Positions 46,093 through 55,946 of a stretch of 64,000 nucleotides of DNA are shown piece after piece (position 1 is the stretch's first letter; each line of letters begins with the position of its first letter). The stretch comes from Ignavibacteriota bacterium (GTDB lineage: Bacteria; Bacteroidota; Ignavibacteria; Ignavibacteriales; Melioribacteraceae): positions 5,330 to 69,329 of the forward strand of contig JABFGH010000016.1 in assembly GCA_013112585.1 (NCBI GenBank), written 5' to 3'. The notes under the pieces were generated by a model that had not been told where the DNA came from, ran no database searches, and saw nothing but the letters and a program-made list of their open reading frames with translations. The position numbers were made by a program, and so were the translations under genes.

Positions 46093-46124
46093 GAAGTTTA
46101 GGAGTGTAGAAGTTTAGGAGTGTA
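46093..46124. repeat. 16-bp tandem direct repeat x2 (GAAGTTTAGGAGTGTA)
   Basis: Read directly from the sequence. It is followed by AATCGATAAT/AATCG iterations (46137-46184) and TTTGTTATTTGG x2 (46257-46290). Confidence 0.6.
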
Positions 46125-46528
46125 GTAGAGAGCATCAATCGATAATTGGATACTCGTTAATCGATAATCGAATAATCGTAAATCAGAACCATTTTAAATA
46201 GTAATTTGTTTTTTGAGACCCTTCCTTCCTGCAGACAGGAGTGAATTTTTGGGTTTATTTGTTATTTGGAATTTGTTTGTTATTTGGGATTTGAAAATTG
46301 CTTTTTGAGACTTGGATTCTAACTCCAGTTTTTCCCATTTGAATTTAATTAGATAATAAACTATTTTTATAGCGAGCTTAATTTTATGGTATTGGGTATG
46401 TGCTTAGGAGCGTCTCGATTGGATTTGCATTTTTAAGTTTCGTTTGATTGATATCTTGCAAAATGAAAATACTGCAGTTGTAATTTTTAAAACTATTTAA
46501 TAACTATAAATTTTATAAGGAACTAGAT

Positions 46529-47074
46529 ATGAAAAAGGTAATAATTCTATTTTTATTAGTCGTCCTTATAATTGGTTGTGACAATAATGTCGAGCCAACA
46601 CCGCCAAAGACTTCAGGCGAAATTACAATTAATTCTAAAGTTGTGAATTTCAAGACTAAGGGATTTTCTTTTTCACAAGGTGACCTGGTTGAATTTCCAA
46701 ACTCACAAAATATTAACCCGGATCTATTTTTATTAGTCCAGACTACTGCCGAGAATGATATTGCCGGTGTATTCTTTTCGCCGCCAAATAATCAGCCAAG
46801 CTTCCGACTATTAGCTCAATTAAATGATGCTGATTCAGCGAATAATTATTTCTCCGAGTTATCAGAACTTCCGGATACCACTTATGATTTGCTCGCATTA
46901 CCACTAAAGGAAAATCAAATTTGGGCTGTAAAAAACCAAGATAATAAATACGCAAAGTTATTAATTAAACATACAGAAGCATATATGGATAGTTCAATTC
47001 AAAATTCTCCAACCCCTTATGGCGAGGCAGCGTTTAAATGGAACTATCAACCAAATGGAACAAGGAGCTTTTAG
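46529..47074 (+). CDS. lipoprotein, unknown function
   Basis: 181 aa, lipobox LIIGC. Confidence 0.6.
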   Translation: MKKVIILFLLVVLIIGCDNNVEPTPPKTSGEITINSKVVNFKTKGFSFSQGDLVEFPNSQNINPDLFLLVQTTAENDIAGVFFSPPNNQPSFRLLAQLNDADSANNYFSELSELPDTTYDLLALPLKENQIWAVKNQDNKYAKLLIKHTEAYMDSSIQNSPTPYGEAAFKWNYQPNGTRSF

Positions 47075-47181
47075 CTATTTAGGAAACTCTATGTCTGGCT
47101 TTTCAGTTCGGGGCGTACTGATCAAAAGCGACGCTGTTAGGCTGTTGTATAAATCAACCAAAGATAGACTGATCTAAAAAC

Positions 47182-47790
47182 ATGAAAGATAATTCAATAC
47201 TTCTCAGACCAGCAAGACCTGAGTACAAAGAGGGTTTAATCTTTGCCCGCTACGCAGATCAGGCGGCAGAAGGCTTTTTCCGATTTATGCTGGGCAAAAA
47301 ATTTAAAACTATTATTGCAAACGCTTTTCTTGAGGAAAGACATGCGCTCTCTTTTGAGAATGTCATGTTTGCAGAGAAAGAGGAAAGAATTGTTGGCATG
47401 AGTTCAGCTTTCAGCGGCGTACAGCAAAGAGATTTTTCAGATGAGCCTTTGCGCCGCGCCGCAAAAAGAAGCGCTATTCGAATGAAACTAGTACGAACTA
47501 TTTTTGCACCGATGTGGCGCATATTAGAATCGATTCCCGAGGAGGCTTTTTATATTCAGAGCATTGCCGTTGAGTCGGATCTTCGTGGATCAGGAATTGG
47601 CTCACTGCTCATGAACGATATTGAGAAACGTGCTGTTGATAGTGGTTCAGCGAGACTTAGCCTGGATGTTTCAGCAAAAAATGAAAGTGCAATTAAAATA
47701 TATAAGCACCGTCAGATGCTGGAAATTTCCGCCTGGCCTAAGTCGCGCTTTTTACCAACTCTTTTTGTTCGCATGTCAAAAGATTTGTGA
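47182..47790 (+). CDS. GNAT-family N-acetyltransferase
   Basis: 202 aa. IAVESDLRGSGIGSLLM is the acetyl-CoA binding motif A (R/Q-x-x-G-x-G/A). Confidence 0.8.
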   Translation: MKDNSILLRPARPEYKEGLIFARYADQAAEGFFRFMLGKKFKTIIANAFLEERHALSFENVMFAEKEERIVGMSSAFSGVQQRDFSDEPLRRAAKRSAIRMKLVRTIFAPMWRILESIPEEAFYIQSIAVESDLRGSGIGSLLMNDIEKRAVDSGSARLSLDVSAKNESAIKIYKHRQMLEISAWPKSRFLPTLFVRMSKDL

Positions 47791-48030
47791 ATCTCTTAAT
47801 ATCGCAGCCTAACTAGCGTCCAACCCGCCCTTTCTTTTGCTTTACAAGGTTGGCGGTTTTTTGTAAATTGCGTTTGCATTGTGAAGAGGCTTTAACAGGC
47901 AGTACCAAATAAATTATAACGTCATGTTTTTTTGATTGAACCCCGCTTACGCGCGGGCAGGTTTAAATAGTATCAAAAAGAAAGATAATATACCGATAAA
48001 TTATAAATCGTCCTTAATCTGGAGAAAGAA

Positions 48031-49728
48031 ATGAAAAAAAGATTATTAAGTTTTTTATTACTATTAATTATTTGCGCCTGTTCAAGTGGAGATAATACTC
48101 CGGTTGAAAGTAATGAAGATGTTAAAATTAATGTGTACAATGCAAACTATACTTTAGAAACGATTCACGGTTCATTTTTCGGCGAGCTAAACGATTACCA
48201 TTACAGATCGTTTTCAATTCTAGTTAAATTAGATCAACCGGCATTCTATAAAAACATAAAAAAACTAATTATTTATGATGATGTTAACAAAATTGGCTGG
48301 GAGTTTTCAGACGAAGAATTACACAGCAAATATGCAGCCGATTTGGAAGGTTTTCATTTGGAACATTTGATAGTCTCCAGCTATAACACCGGAGAAGGAA
48401 TATGTAAAATAACTTTGTATGATTATAAAAATGAAATAATTGATATATATGATTTTATTTTAAAAAACAACCACCCTCCTTATTCGAGATTTGAATATAA
48501 CTGGTATGATACCGATAAACTTCTCATAGAAACTGATTTTTCACATTCATTCCCTGATACTATTAATGTGATCTATTTGAATGAAAACGAAATAGTTCAA
48601 AAGAGCACATATTTACCAATTACGAATACTATTATTGCAGACAGCTTGCCTAATAATTTCAATTCTTTCTTTCTTGAATGCAAATTTGAGAATGAACTAT
48701 ATAGAGGTATTTCTATTTCTCCACGAAAATTTATTGAAAATAGAGTTCCAATTAATGCGGTTTTTTTGCCGGAAGGAATATCGGTTGACAAATCAATTTT
48801 TTCTGCATCGCGAGATAGACTTATTTTATTGAGCAGCCAAAATTCAAAAGTTTATTTCTGGGATCATAATTCAAATACAATCACTTCAGAATTTCTTATC
48901 CAAAGCAGCCCAACAGCTTGCAAACAAAAGGACGGCAATTTATTTATTAGCACTGAGAATGGAAGTATCTACAAACTTGATGAAAATGATAATTTAACGT
49001 TTTTAAGTAAGTTGAGCGGCAAGATAACGGACTTTGTAATTGCTGAAGATTATTTAGTATCAAGCATTTCAAATAATGATTTTTGGGTATATAATCTAAT
49101 TAGCGACACTGCTATGAAAGTGACAGGCTACTATTCAGGTGCAATGTATGGAATGGTTTACAACACTTCTCTAAAAGTAATTTATGCCTGTGATAGGTCA
49201 ACACAATCAAATAATGAAATTTTTAGGATGAACTTTGATCCTGTTTCCGGGGAAATTAGTCAATTTAGAAGAAAATATTTTTCAAGTTCTAGTGGTGATG
49301 CCGGTTTTCCCTTAAGAATATTTCCAAGTCAAAACAAGCTGATTACCGGTTCCGGTTTGGTGCTTTCACTTTCTGATTCTTATTCAAACGATTTAACTTA
49401 CATAACCAATACTTCAGAATATTTTACCGACATGTTGTTTTCTCCAACAGGCAAAATGGTAATAGTTTATTCAAATTATTCACCTTATTATCAAAGCAGT
49501 GCTAACACCGCTCAATTAAAAATTTTAAATCCAAATAATTTTGAGACAGAAAAAACTTACGATTTATTTGAAACACCAATTTCTATTTTTAGTGTAAATC
49601 AAGACTATTTGGTTTTGTCGAAGATATCTACAAGTGAACGTTATTTTTTACAGAAAATTAATAAACAAGAATTGGTAAAGGGTTCATTTGGTAAATTTAT
49701 AAATAAGTATTATAAACCAAATTTTTAA
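48031..49728 (+). CDS. large lipoprotein, unknown function
   Basis: 565 aa, lipobox IICAC. No recognisable catalytic motif. Confidence 0.6.
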   Translation: MKKRLLSFLLLLIICACSSGDNTPVESNEDVKINVYNANYTLETIHGSFFGELNDYHYRSFSILVKLDQPAFYKNIKKLIIYDDVNKIGWEFSDEELHSKYAADLEGFHLEHLIVSSYNTGEGICKITLYDYKNEIIDIYDFILKNNHPPYSRFEYNWYDTDKLLIETDFSHSFPDTINVIYLNENEIVQKSTYLPITNTIIADSLPNNFNSFFLECKFENELYRGISISPRKFIENRVPINAVFLPEGISVDKSIFSASRDRLILLSSQNSKVYFWDHNSNTITSEFLIQSSPTACKQKDGNLFISTENGSIYKLDENDNLTFLSKLSGKITDFVIAEDYLVSSISNNDFWVYNLISDTAMKVTGYYSGAMYGMVYNTSLKVIYACDRSTQSNNEIFRMNFDPVSGEISQFRRKYFSSSSGDAGFPLRIFPSQNKLITGSGLVLSLSDSYSNDLTYITNTSEYFTDMLFSPTGKMVIVYSNYSPYYQSSANTAQLKILNPNNFETEKTYDLFETPISIFSVNQDYLVLSKISTSERYFLQKINKQELVKGSFGKFINKYYKPNF

Positions 49729-49956
49729 TGTTTGATAAACAATTTTAACAAATAATTTCAGTGTATAGTCCTGAAATAGGTTGACTGAAAAAGTCAATTA
49801 AAAACGGGACTATGCATACCTCTGGTTTTCACCACACTTATAAAACTCTGCTTAATTAAGTTTGCTTATTTACCACAGAACAAATATTTTCAATCCAGCA
49901 CGTTTCCTTGTGTATAAAAAAATAATATTGAAGACCATGTATAAAGGGAGAAGTTT

Positions 49957-51000
49957 ATGAAAAAGGTATATTCTATTACTAAGCCTATAAAAAAAATTAT
50001 TGAGCGATTATATCTTGCTGCTGTAATCATAATGCTTCTATCATTGCCAAATTCTCTTTTCGCTCAATCGCAGCCAATTGGACCAGGCAATGGTAGTTAT
50101 GAGAAAAACCAAATCATGGGTCAGTTTTTAGACTGGGATAGAAAAGCGACCCCAAAGTTAGTGCTTAGGGTTCATGGGGCAGGCAAACTTCAAACTTTCG
50201 CAGATATTTCCGCTACAGGTGAGTTTAAGATATCACTACCGGAAATTCCAGCTGATGGAAACTATGGTACGTTGAATTGCGGTGATCCAGCTAAAGGTTC
50301 CATTGTGCTCGTAACCGACTTTTCATTGCTTACGACTCTGCCGGGATTTTCTTCTCCGGGAAGATGGGACCGGGGGTTAAGTGTTATCGGTATGGCGATC
50401 TACTCTGATGAAACATTCAGCAAAAATATTGGTAAACCGGGCGGCAAACGAGCTCAGTGGCTATACAGCAATGCAGCCCGAACCGTTGAAGCCGGAGAAT
50501 GTAATAATAGTAACAGCTTTCCGCTTGAGGTTGGCTGGAATGTATTTACTGTTATTAGCGGTCCCAGCGGCGGTCCTCACGCCTACAATCCCGGGCTCGA
50601 TAACGACTTGGGGTGGTATTGGTATGCTTTTCCGGAAGATGCCGCACAAAATATCTCACCTAGCCGCAAGCAAAAAACTGACAATGATGATAATTCCAAA
50701 ACACAGGTAAGCAAAAATTCTGAACTTCAGAAAAGTTGGCTATTGGGGGACTGGAACGGCGTTCAGCTTGACACCAAAATGCATTTACGGTTAAAAGATT
50801 CCGGCGAGGTGTGGTTAGAAAGCATTGAAGGTGGCAGCAAAAAAACAATTGAAGGTACTTGGTTATTAAAGGATGGAGAATTCGCCTTAGACATCAAAGA
50901 AGGAGGGCTGCGTTTTAATATAGAACAAACCTCTGAAACGAGTTTCCGGCTTTTCGGTAAGGCGGCTAGCAGCGATATTGTGTTTACGAGAAAAAAATAA
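49957..51000 (+). CDS. secreted protein, unknown function
   Basis: 347 aa, N-terminal signal/anchor ending SLFAQ. Confidence 0.55.
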   Translation: MKKVYSITKPIKKIIERLYLAAVIIMLLSLPNSLFAQSQPIGPGNGSYEKNQIMGQFLDWDRKATPKLVLRVHGAGKLQTFADISATGEFKISLPEIPADGNYGTLNCGDPAKGSIVLVTDFSLLTTLPGFSSPGRWDRGLSVIGMAIYSDETFSKNIGKPGGKRAQWLYSNAARTVEAGECNNSNSFPLEVGWNVFTVISGPSGGPHAYNPGLDNDLGWYWYAFPEDAAQNISPSRKQKTDNDDNSKTQVSKNSELQKSWLLGDWNGVQLDTKMHLRLKDSGEVWLESIEGGSKKTIEGTWLLKDGEFALDIKEGGLRFNIEQTSETSFRLFGKAASSDIVFTRKK

Positions 51001-51421
51001 GCGCTTTGTTATTTTACTCCGCTAAGATGCCTTTCTTTGAAAATAAAGTCTTCAGTCAGCTTGATGAGGACAGTACCGGCAGTTATCTTTCTGAAAAATG
51101 GAAGACTGTATAAATATTTATTGATAAATACACACAAGAATAACGGTGCTAAAACTTTAAATAACTCTGCAATGAATTTTAATGCATTGTTATTTGTTTG
51201 CTGAATGCAGGTAATTTTAAAGAGAAAAACTGTAATGATAATCTAATCTTGTCTTAAGTTCATCCGCTTATCAATCGGGCACAGATAAAGACAGTTGAAA
51301 ATTGATAAAACTTATTTTATCTTAATAAGACAAAATCATGCTTTAGTAATTAGTTGAGAGGCATAAAGCAAGAAATTAAATTGGAAGTTGATTATGGCAA
51401 AAAGTATAGGGATAAACTAAA

Positions 51422-52150
51422 ATGAAAAATTCTTTTTTACTCGCATGGATTGTTTTATTTTCAGTTGCAGCTTGCAGTGAAAGTTCAAATCCGGTTGAAA
51501 GTATAGACGAGGGCTCTTTAAGGATTTCCGGGAAAATAAGTAATTTTGATGGGCATTTTAATAAGGTTTATATCAGCCTTCCTCCCCTTTCCAGCACGCA
51601 ATCATATTTTGAATCTGAGATCACGACTGACGGCTCATTTGATATTACCATAGCTCCGCCTGCTGACGAGCAATTAATCAAATATATTCCCCGCAGCAGG
51701 GTTTCAGTTATAAATAACGATACAACATTTTACATTGACAGCTTACGCATCGCAGATGAAGAGCTTAAATATCGTAAGTACGGTTTGTCTGCGCATAATC
51801 CTGGTAGTATTAACCATAGAATATCTTATTCACTGCCTTTAGTGTTGGGGGAAAGAAAAGATTCAATTGGTCTTCCAACGGTTGGCGATTATCTTATCAC
51901 TTACCATTATTTTAATAGACAAACAAAAATTGAAGGCTTTCAAAAATGGAAAATTGTTACTTCAACTCGTACAGGTGAAACTGTAACTAATTTTAATATT
52001 AACACAAAAGTTGGTTGGAACCTGGTGATGACAAAATTTTTGAGTGATGAAAATGATAAATCCATTTATGAAGTTACTGATGTTGATGCAGAATCGGGCG
52101 AATGGATGATTGGTACTAACATGATTAGCGGAATTACACAGACATTGTAA
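51422..52150 (+). CDS. lipoprotein, unknown function
   Basis: 242 aa, lipobox VAAC. Confidence 0.55.
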   Translation: MKNSFLLAWIVLFSVAACSESSNPVESIDEGSLRISGKISNFDGHFNKVYISLPPLSSTQSYFESEITTDGSFDITIAPPADEQLIKYIPRSRVSVINNDTTFYIDSLRIADEELKYRKYGLSAHNPGSINHRISYSLPLVLGERKDSIGLPTVGDYLITYHYFNRQTKIEGFQKWKIVTSTRTGETVTNFNINTKVGWNLVMTKFLSDENDKSIYEVTDVDAESGEWMIGTNMISGITQTL

Positions 52151-52573
52151 TTGGGAAGCATTAAAATTTGTTTGCTTCAATAAAAATTCTAAACTACATG
52201 AGATTTATAAAAAATTTGTTAACTATTACCAAAACGAAAATAAAAAAGAATTGACTTACCAGATTCAGAAACCGGAAAACAGAATATTGATCATTACTTC
52301 AGAATTAGAGCCGGGTGAAGATGGGTCTTACAAAAACATTACAACTGAATTGGATACATTAAAAGTAAGTTTTCATTAATTGAAGCAGGATGTTGACAAA
52401 GATAGGATTAAGATAGATGATTAAACGAGCAATTTATTCTCAAAGCTGTTAGTAATTATTTAAGTAAATAAAAAACATTTGGCTGCAAAATTGATTAAAG
52501 TCTTATCTTGCGTTTACAGTATAATAGTATGTTTGAGTACTGAGTAATTTTACGGTTAATATTTAATAAACCA

Positions 52574-53287
52574 ATGAAACAAGAAGAAGTTATTGCCAAA
52601 AAATATCTTAAAGAATTACAGGTTGGTTCTGTGGAGTTCGAACCCGATGGGAATATACCACCAGATTTTAAGATTAATAATATTGGTATTGAAGTCAGAA
52701 GGCTTAATCAAAATTATACAAGTAATCATAAAACAGAAGGCATAGAACAAAAGCATAGCCAAATGCAAAAATTATTTGAACAGGTCTACGCTACTTTTGA
52801 TAAACAATATTCTGGGCGTTCATTTTGGACTTCACTTAGGTTTTGCCGTCCGTTAGAAGACAAAAGGGTTATTCGAAGCTATGCAAAAAAATCACTACAG
52901 GAATTTATTGACAACCCTATTCCAACTCCAACAACGCTAGAGATTTGTAATAATGTAGAAATGTATTTGGTTGAAGCTGAAAATAAATTTGATAAAGTTT
53001 TTTTGACTGGAAGCATTCTTGATCATGATTATAACGGATTTGTTAATAATATTTATATAGAGAATATTAAATTATGTATCTCTGAAAAGAGTAAAAAAAT
53101 TGAAAAATATAAGCAAAAGTATCAAGAGTGGTGGCTGGTTTTAGTTGATCATATAAAACTCCCAATTTCAGAATCAAATTTGAAGATATGGAAGCAATAT
53201 TTAAGTAATACTGAGAAATTTTCAAAAATTTTGATTATTTCCGAAAAAGATGGTGAGTTAATTTTCTCTTTTCAAAACTATTTATAA
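52574..53287 (+). CDS. hypothetical cytoplasmic protein with possible PD-(D/E)xK nuclease-like N-terminal core
   Basis: 237 aa. E..A..YL......VEFEPDGNIPPDF.I.NIGIEVRRL resembles the helix / D / E-x-K(R) arrangement of restriction-endonuclease-like folds. Weak, motif level only. Confidence 0.45.
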   Translation: MKQEEVIAKKYLKELQVGSVEFEPDGNIPPDFKINNIGIEVRRLNQNYTSNHKTEGIEQKHSQMQKLFEQVYATFDKQYSGRSFWTSLRFCRPLEDKRVIRSYAKKSLQEFIDNPIPTPTTLEICNNVEMYLVEAENKFDKVFLTGSILDHDYNGFVNNIYIENIKLCISEKSKKIEKYKQKYQEWWLVLVDHIKLPISESNLKIWKQYLSNTEKFSKILIISEKDGELIFSFQNYL

Positions 53288-53416
53288 CAAGCTTTTTGCC
53301 AGACCCGTGGCCTTTTGGCATTGTTCAAGTCTTCGGGTTTCGATTAAAAGGTAAGCATCGCTTGTAAGTTTGTTCGATAAAATAAAATCATCAAAAATTC
53401 AAGTTAAGGTTTCAAA

Positions 53417-54025
53417 ATGGAATTTCTTAAAGAGGTTGAGTTTTGGATTGTTCTTTTACTTACTGCAATCTTTTATATACTTTTTTTTGTTAGTGGATAT
53501 ATCAAAGCTTCTTGGAATATGACATTAAAAAAATATACTGGGTTTGGAATATTTGCTTACATGATATTCTTCTTTTATCAATTTGGTTGGGAAGCTGGAA
53601 TATTTGTTTTAATATTTCTCCTTTTATGGGCTTTCCTTTCAAACCCGTTTATAAAATATATAGCAAGGAAATTGAATCCTGAAGCATACATAGCATTTAA
53701 TATTATCAAAGGAATTCCCAAACAAAAGAATTCTTCTTCATTTGGGAGTAATTTAACTGAAGGTGTGGTTCGAGCAGAAAAAAATATTTTGGCAGTTAGG
53801 GATTTAGAAAAAGATGAAAAAATAATTAGCGTATTAAAAAAATATAATAAGCCTCCTTCATATATTGAAGAAATTTACCAAATTTTACTAGCTTGCGGCA
53901 CCAATAATTATATTGCTCTTAAAATAGCAAGTAGTCCAAATCATTTAAATAATTATCTTGAGTTAATATCTAAAGGAACATCTGATTTTGATGCAGCCTT
54001 CAAAGTTGCTAAAGAAGTTTCATAA
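53417..54025 (+). CDS. membrane protein (3-4 N-terminal TM segments) with soluble C-terminal domain, unknown function
   Basis: 202 aa. Confidence 0.5.
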   Translation: MEFLKEVEFWIVLLLTAIFYILFFVSGYIKASWNMTLKKYTGFGIFAYMIFFFYQFGWEAGIFVLIFLLLWAFLSNPFIKYIARKLNPEAYIAFNIIKGIPKQKNSSSFGSNLTEGVVRAEKNILAVRDLEKDEKIISVLKKYNKPPSYIEEIYQILLACGTNNYIALKIASSPNHLNNYLELISKGTSDFDAAFKVAKEVS

Positions 54026-54168
54026 AAACCGTATAACCTCTTAAATCCTCCTTCCGCGGAGAGGTAAGTAAAAAGCCACATCGGGTTGTGAGTAAAAATA
54101 TACTTAAAATTTTTAACTTGACTTACTTGTCTAGACGAACTAAATTTAGTCTAAAAAAGGTCTTGCCA

Positions 54169-54441
54169 ATGAAATTAAGTGAATCAGTAAAATCAATAAG
54201 CTATCTTAAAGCCAATGCCGCTAATCTAATTGATGAAATTAATAAAAATCAAAAAACTTTTGTAATTACTCAAAATGGTGAGGCTAAAGTTGTTGTTCAG
54301 GACATTAAAGCTTTTGAAAAGATGCAAGAAACGATGGCGATGTTAAAGTTATTAGCTATGACAAATGTTCATAGCAAGGAGGCTGACGATATAAAATCTA
54401 CTTTCAGCGCATTGAGAAAAGAATTAAAGTCCTTACACTAA
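54169..54441 (+). CDS. Phd/YefM-family antitoxin
   Basis: MKLSESVKSISYLKANAANLIDEINKNQKTFVITQNGEAKVVVQDIKAFEKMQETMAMLKLL is the typical Phd/YefM N-terminal fold pattern. The internal ATG at 54169 is chosen over 54088. Confidence 0.75.
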   Translation: MKLSESVKSISYLKANAANLIDEINKNQKTFVITQNGEAKVVVQDIKAFEKMQETMAMLKLLAMTNVHSKEADDIKSTFSALRKELKSLH

Positions 54442-54442
54442 A

Positions 54443-54769
54443 ATGAAAAAGTATAAAGTTTTAATTGACCCTCAAGCGAAAAAAGATTTAAGAGAAATAT
54501 TTATATATGCAGCGGCTAACGATAGTATTGCCTCAGCGGAAAAGCTTTTAGAGGCAATTGAAAAAACTTGTTTTAAATTGGAAAAATTCCCGGAAAGAGG
54601 TCACATTCCACAAGAGTTAAGGCAAACCGGAATAAAAAGATATTTGGAAATTCATTGTAAGCCTTACCGAATAATTTATGAAATTGAAAAAGATCAAATC
54701 TATATACACACTATACTTGATGGAAGAAGAAACATACAAGAAATATTATCTGAGAGATTATTAAGATAA
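54443..54769 (+). CDS. RelE/ParE-family toxin
   Basis: 108 aa. It starts 1 nt after the antitoxin stop. The pattern A..DL..I..Y........A......I......L..FP..G........G.R.......YRIIY.I.....I.I..I.H.RR is ParE-like. Confidence 0.75.
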   Translation: MKKYKVLIDPQAKKDLREIFIYAAANDSIASAEKLLEAIEKTCFKLEKFPERGHIPQELRQTGIKRYLEIHCKPYRIIYEIEKDQIYIHTILDGRRNIQEILSERLLR

Positions 54770-54783
54770 ACTAAATTGAAGCC

Positions 54784-55224
54784 ATGAAAAAAAATGAAAA
54801 ACCAATAATAGTTGAACAAACATTCAACGCAGCAGCAGAAGAAGTTTGGAAAGCCATAACGGATCTTGACTTGATGCGTCAATGGTATTTTGAAAACATT
54901 CCCGCATTTATTCCTGTAGTCGGATTCAAAACAGAGTTTAATGTAGTGAGTGATGGAAGAAACTTTTTACATAAGTGGAAGATCACTGAAGTTATTCCCG
55001 GTAAAGTAATTAAGTACAATTGGCGGTTTGAAGAATACCCGGGCGAAGGATTAGTTGAATTTAAAATTTCCGCTGAAAATAATAAAACAAAATTGCGGCT
55101 GACAAATTATGTTTTAGAAGACTTCCCGGACGACGTTCCCGAATTTACAAGAGAAAGCTGCCTTGGCGGCTGGAAGTATTTTATCAATGAAAGATTGAAA
55201 GATTTTTTAAACAAGGGTAAATAG
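54784..55224 (+). CDS. SRPBCC-superfamily protein (AHSA1/START-like)
   Basis: 146 aa. F.A..E.VW.A.TD...M..W............F is the typical AHSA1 N-terminus. Confidence 0.65.
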   Translation: MKKNEKPIIVEQTFNAAAEEVWKAITDLDLMRQWYFENIPAFIPVVGFKTEFNVVSDGRNFLHKWKITEVIPGKVIKYNWRFEEYPGEGLVEFKISAENNKTKLRLTNYVLEDFPDDVPEFTRESCLGGWKYFINERLKDFLNKGK

Positions 55225-55228
55225 CTCA

Positions 55229-55891
55229 ATGCTGAAAGAATTATTAGAAAAAATACAAACACTCTCCCGAACTCAAACACCATTTGACGTTTCCCGTTTT
55301 AATGACCCGGTTGCGGAAAAGACTCTATGGACACCGGCAAAAGGAGGAGGAGCAAATTTTAAAACCCATAACCTTGTAAAGGTGGATTACAGCCGAATCG
55401 AGTTTCGCTCTTCAGTCGGGGCTAAGTTATTCTATCTTATTTTTCTGCTAGTTGGGCTTGGGGTAATGATTGGTGTTTCAGTCTCTAAAATTTCAGATGG
55501 AACTTTCGGGTTTAATTGGGAAACCTTTCTTATGCTGACATTCGGTTCTATATTTGCCGGGGTTGGCGGGGGATTGCTCTATTATGGATCCGCTCCGGTA
55601 GTATTTGATAAAAAGGCGGGGTACTTTTGGAAAGGCAGAAAATCACCGCGCGAGGTATTTAATAAAAGCTCCATTAAACATCTCGCAAAACTTGAGGATG
55701 TTCACGCCATTCAATTGATCTCGGAATTTGTATGGGGCAATAAAAGCTCCTACCACAGCTACGAAATAAATCTTGTTCTAAAAGATGCATCCCGCATAAA
55801 TGTTATTGATCACGGAAATATAAAATCTATTAGGGAAAACGCTGAAACGCTTTCCGCATTTTTGGATAAACCGGTTTGGTATGCGGTGTAG
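55229..55891 (+). CDS. two-TM membrane protein, unknown function
   Basis: 220 aa. Confidence 0.5.
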   Translation: MLKELLEKIQTLSRTQTPFDVSRFNDPVAEKTLWTPAKGGGANFKTHNLVKVDYSRIEFRSSVGAKLFYLIFLLVGLGVMIGVSVSKISDGTFGFNWETFLMLTFGSIFAGVGGGLLYYGSAPVVFDKKAGYFWKGRKSPREVFNKSSIKHLAKLEDVHAIQLISEFVWGNKSSYHSYEINLVLKDASRINVIDHGNIKSIRENAETLSAFLDKPVWYAV

Positions 55892-55892
55892 T

Positions 55893-55927
55893 TTTATGAA
55901 CCCAGCTGCGAAAGCTGAGTTCATAAA
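55893..55927. terminator. bulged stem-loop between convergent genes (terminator or attC-like site)
   Basis: TTTATGAAC-c-CAGCT-gcgaa-AGCTG-a-GTTCATAAA. There is no clear U-tract on either strand. Confidence 0.4.
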
Positions 55928-55946
55928 CAGATCAATCAAAGAGGGT

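Noticed and set aside
46093-46290. CRISPR array
   Set aside because: The repeats are 12-16 bp, only two copies each, directly adjacent without spacers, and of several unrelated types. No cas genes are in the window.
52618-52650. tRNA-like T-arm sequence GGAGTTCGAACCC
   Set aside because: It lies inside the coding frame of ORF 52574-53287. There is no acceptor or anticodon stem around it.
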